Below, one piece after another: positions 61,028 through 64,000 of a DNA stretch of 64,000 nt (positions within the stretch are counted from its first letter, which is position 1; the number at the start of each line of letters is the position of its first letter). Origin of the DNA: an uncultured delta proteobacterium (GTDB lineage: Bacteria > Myxococcota_A > Polyangia > Fen-1088); contig CAVWIP010000017.1 of NCBI GenBank assembly GCA_963755125.1, positions 256,001 through 320,000 of the forward strand. Direction: 5' to 3'. Below the pieces are notes generated by a model. That model was not told the origin of the DNA and made no database searches. It saw only the letters and a program-made list of their open reading frames with translations. Made by a program: the position numbers and the translations under genes.

Positions 61028-61797
61028 ACGCATTGACACCGCCCCAGCCGGTCGCTACGGTGCCAATCCCGATGGCAAAAGCCGGCGCTGCACGACCTGA
61101 GCCAGGCGCAGTCCCTGGCGGCGCGCGCGTGCTCGTGCGCGAACTGTGGAAGGTATTCGAGCACGGCGGTCGCTCGATCGAGGTCCTGCGTGGAATCAAC
61201 CTGGACCTGGCGCCGGGCGCGCTGGTTTCGGTGGTTGGTGCCTCAGGGGTGGGGAAGTCGACGTTGCTGCATCTGCTCGGCACGCTCGATGCCCCGACCT
61301 CGGGCCAGATTCTGTTCGACGGTGCGAACGTCACGGACATGTCCGCGGCCAAGCTCGCCTGCTTTCGCAACCGCGAGATCGGTTTCGTGTTTCAGTTTCA
61401 CCATCTTCTGCCCGAGTTCACCGCGCTGGAAAACGTGATGATGCCCGGCCTCATCGCGCGCCAGCCGCGCAAGGAGTGCCGCGATCGCGCCGAGGCCATC
61501 CTGGCGCGCGTGGGTCTGCAGGATCGGCTTTGTCACCGTCCCGGGGAGCTGTCCGGCGGTGAGCAACAGCGGGTGGCGCTGGCGCGTGCGCTCTTTCTTT
61601 CGCCGCGACTGCTGCTTGGCGACGAGCCCACCGGCAACCTCGACAGCAAGACCGGACGCGCCATCCACGATCTATTCTTCGAGTTGAACCGCGAGTTGGG
61701 AATGACCCTTCTTCTCGTGACCCACAACGACGAGCTCGCGGGTCGGGCGTTCCGCAAGCTGCGCATGGTCGACGGTCGTATCCAGGAGGAAGGGTGA
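61024..61797 (+). CDS. lolD: Lipoprotein-releasing ATP-binding protein
   Basis: [45 protein letters not shown]. Start uncertain. Confidence 0.93.
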   Translation: MNALTPPQPVATVPIPMAKAGAARPEPGAVPGGARVLVRELWKVFEHGGRSIEVLRGINLDLAPGALVSVVGASGVGKSTLLHLLGTLDAPTSGQILFDGANVTDMSAAKLACFRNREIGFVFQFHHLLPEFTALENVMMPGLIARQPRKECRDRAEAILARVGLQDRLCHRPGELSGGEQQRVALARALFLSPRLLLGDEPTGNLDSKTGRAIHDLFFELNRELGMTLLLVTHNDELAGRAFRKLRMVDGRIQEEG

Positions 61798-64000
61798 GTC
61801 CGTCGCGGCTGGCCATCCTGGGCGTGCTGGCGGCCTTCGCGCCCGGTCTTGCCCATGCCCAGGACGACGATGCCGCGGCTACGCCGCAGGCGCAGCGACT
61901 GCGGCCACCTTCACTGTCGATCGATTCCGATTCCAAGCCGGGAGCGCCGATCAAGGTCCCGAGCCTGAAGGTGGTGCGCGTCCAATTCCGAGGCAATCGC
62001 AAGGTCGAGGACGACGCCATACGGATCAACCTGCACACGTTGCCCGGCCAATCACTGAACAAGGACATCTTGCAGGATGACGTGCGTGCCATCTGGAAGA
62101 TGGGCTACTTCGAGGATGTGCAGGTCGAGACCACCGACACCCCGGGCGGCGTGCTTCTGACCTACGTGCTCAAGGAGAAGCCCGCCATCCGCAAGATCTA
62201 CGTGTCGGGCCACGAGGAGGTCGGGCTTTCCAAGGTCAACGAGGTGCTCGACATCAAGAAGGAACAGGTGCTCGACCTGGCCAAGATCAAGAAGAACGTG
62301 GAAAAGATCCGCGAGCTTTACCTGCAGCGCGGTTTCTACATGGCGGACGTCGACTACGAGTTGCGCCGTGATAGCCCGGGCGAGGTGGACGTGTATTTTC
62401 GCGTGCACGAGAACAGCAAAGTGGAGGTCCGCAGGGTCAACTTCACCGGCAACCAGCACGTGACCGACCAGGAACTGCGCGACGTCATGCTCACCCAGGC
62501 CGGCGATCTCTTCTCGGCCGTGTCTTCATCGGGCACTTACCGCGAGGACGTCTTCCAGCGCGACCTGACCCTGATTCAGGGTTACTATTTCGACCGCGGC
62601 TACATCAACGTCAAGGTCGCGGAGCCCCGCCTGGAGCTGTCGGCCGACAAGCGCTCGCTCTACATCAGCATCTCCATCGACGAGGGCGAGCAATACCGTA
62701 TCGGCAGTATCGATCTGAAGGGCGATCTTCTGGAGAAACCCGAGATCATTCTCAGCCGCTTGCAGGTCAAGCCGGGCGAGATCTTCAACCGCTCCAAGGT
62801 GGCGCAGGATGTTCAGGCCATCGCCGATCTCTACAAGAACAAGGGCTACGCCTATGTGAACTCCACGCCCGAGACCACCGTCAACGAGAAGCAGCGGACG
62901 GTGAGCCTGTTCTTCGACATCCAGAAGGGCTCCGAGGTCAACTTTGAACGCATCGACATCCATGGTAACTCGAAGACGCGCGACAAGGTCATCCGACGCG
63001 AACTGCGCGTTTACGAGGGCGAGCGCTACAGCCAGTCCGGCCTTGACCTGTCTAAGCGCCGGGTCAATGCCTTGGGTTACTTCGAGAAGGTCGAAACCAA
63101 CACCAAGCGCGGTTCGAGCGACGACGCGATGGATGTCAACGTTGAGGTGGCCGAGCGGCAGACCGGTGCCTTCCAGATCGGGGCTGGTTTCTCCTCGGTC
63201 GAGTCCTTCATCGCGCAAGCGCAGATCTCGCAGAACAATCTCCTCGGCCGGGGCCAGTCGCTGGTCCTGCAGGCCCAGATGTCGTCGCTGCGGCAGCTCT
63301 TCATGCTGCAGTTCGATGAGCCGTATTTCCTGGATACCAACTGGCACTTCGGCTTCAACCTGTTCGACCAGCAGCGGTACTACCTCGGGTTCACGCGCCA
63401 GTCGAAGGGCGGCAGCCTGACCTGGGGCTACCTGCTGAGCGACACCGTGCGCATGTTCCTCACCTATACCTTGCAGGACATCTCCGTCACCACGGGGGGC
63501 CGCAGCAACCTATTCAGCGGCGGCCAGCGCAGCCCCTTGCCCCAGGGTTCGCTGGCCAACCTCCTGCACGCCGGCGTGGTTTCATCGTGGCGTATCTCGC
63601 TGACCCACGACACACGCAACGACCGCATGTTTCCGCGCAGCGGCTGGTACAACTCGATCTCCGCCGAGTTCGCCGAGCCGGCCTTCCTGTCGCAAGCCCA
63701 GTTCTCCCGTTTCGAGGGCACTGCGCGCTACTTCTACCCGGTATGGGGACCGCTGGTACTGCGCCTGAAAGGCGACATCGGCGCGGTGGTCAGCCGCGAG
63801 CCGCAGGGCGTGCCCATCTTTGAACGCTACTTCGTCGGGGGCATCTACGACGTGCGCGGCTTCCAGTTGGCCTCGCTGGGCCCGCAGATCCGCGTGCCCA
63901 GCGCGCAGTCGCCCGATTCGGCGCTGCGGACCTTCGCGGTGGGAGGGAACATGCAGGTGGTGGGCAAGATCGAGCTTGAAATGCCTTTGTTCGAGAAGCT
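61794..64000 (+). CDS. bamA: Outer membrane protein assembly factor BamA (3' partial)
   Basis: Not in the ORF track (no stop in window). From GTG 61794: signal peptide (AHA-QD), POTRA repeats ([34 protein letters not shown]), barrel NLLGRGQ and [14 protein letters not shown]. Confidence 0.95.
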   Translation, partial: MSPSRLAILGVLAAFAPGLAHAQDDDAAATPQAQRLRPPSLSIDSDSKPGAPIKVPSLKVVRVQFRGNRKVEDDAIRINLHTLPGQSLNKDILQDDVRAIWKMGYFEDVQVETTDTPGGVLLTYVLKEKPAIRKIYVSGHEEVGLSKVNEVLDIKKEQVLDLAKIKKNVEKIRELYLQRGFYMADVDYELRRDSPGEVDVYFRVHENSKVEVRRVNFTGNQHVTDQELRDVMLTQAGDLFSAVSSSGTYREDVFQRDLTLIQGYYFDRGYINVKVAEPRLELSADKRSLYISISIDEGEQYRIGSIDLKGDLLEKPEIILSRLQVKPGEIFNRSKVAQDVQAIADLYKNKGYAYVNSTPETTVNEKQRTVSLFFDIQKGSEVNFERIDIHGNSKTRDKVIRRELRVYEGERYSQSGLDLSKRRVNALGYFEKVETNTKRGSSDDAMDVNVEVAERQTGAFQIGAGFSSVESFIAQAQISQNNLLGRGQSLVLQAQMSSLRQLFMLQFDEPYFLDTNWHFGFNLFDQQRYYLGFTRQSKGGSLTWGYLLSDTVRMFLTYTLQDISVTTGGRSNLFSGGQRSPLPQGSLANLLHAGVVSSWRISLTHDTRNDRMFPRSGWYNSISAEFAEPAFLSQAQFSRFEGTARYFYPVWGPLVLRLKGDIGAVVSREPQGVPIFERYFVGGIYDVRGFQLASLGPQIRVPSAQSPDSALRTFAVGGNMQVVGKIELEMPLFEK

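Overview
High-GC bacterial chromosome segment, most consistent with Myxococcota/Deltaproteobacteria (inference from three tandem bactofilins and gene orders). Most of it is housekeeping: yajC-secD-secF-recJ, hom, rimP-nusA-ylxR-infB-DUF503-rbfA-truB-rpsO-pnp, dut-argC-argB, kdgK-eda, coaBC-udg, purF, mgtA, and prfB (+1 frameshift)-lysS-lolC/E-lolD-bamA. Accessory pieces: (i) a DUF481 barrel gene coupled to a large EF-hand membrane protein; (ii) a minus-strand block between pnp and dut with a truncated lipoprotein-like ORF running antisense into pnp, a Phd/VapC TA pair with TGTACA operator cores, a chemoreceptor with a periplasmic CxxCH motif, pirin and a YfhO-like protein; (iii) an HlyD + C39-peptidase ABC + degenerate ABC export cassette with no visible substrate, modifying enzyme or TolC; (iv) an orphan amino-methyltransferase and an unknown gene inside the coaBC-udg operon; (v) a Cys-rich PAS histidine kinase; (vi) a head-to-tail IS4-family dimer framed by three copies of a 9-bp target, each copy carrying a perfect DnaA box. 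No rRNA, tRNA or CRISPR array was seen. The best candidates for an undescribed system are the orphan peptide-export cassette, the putative heme-c chemoreceptor and the DUF481/EF-hand pair. All calls come from motif reading, not database searches.
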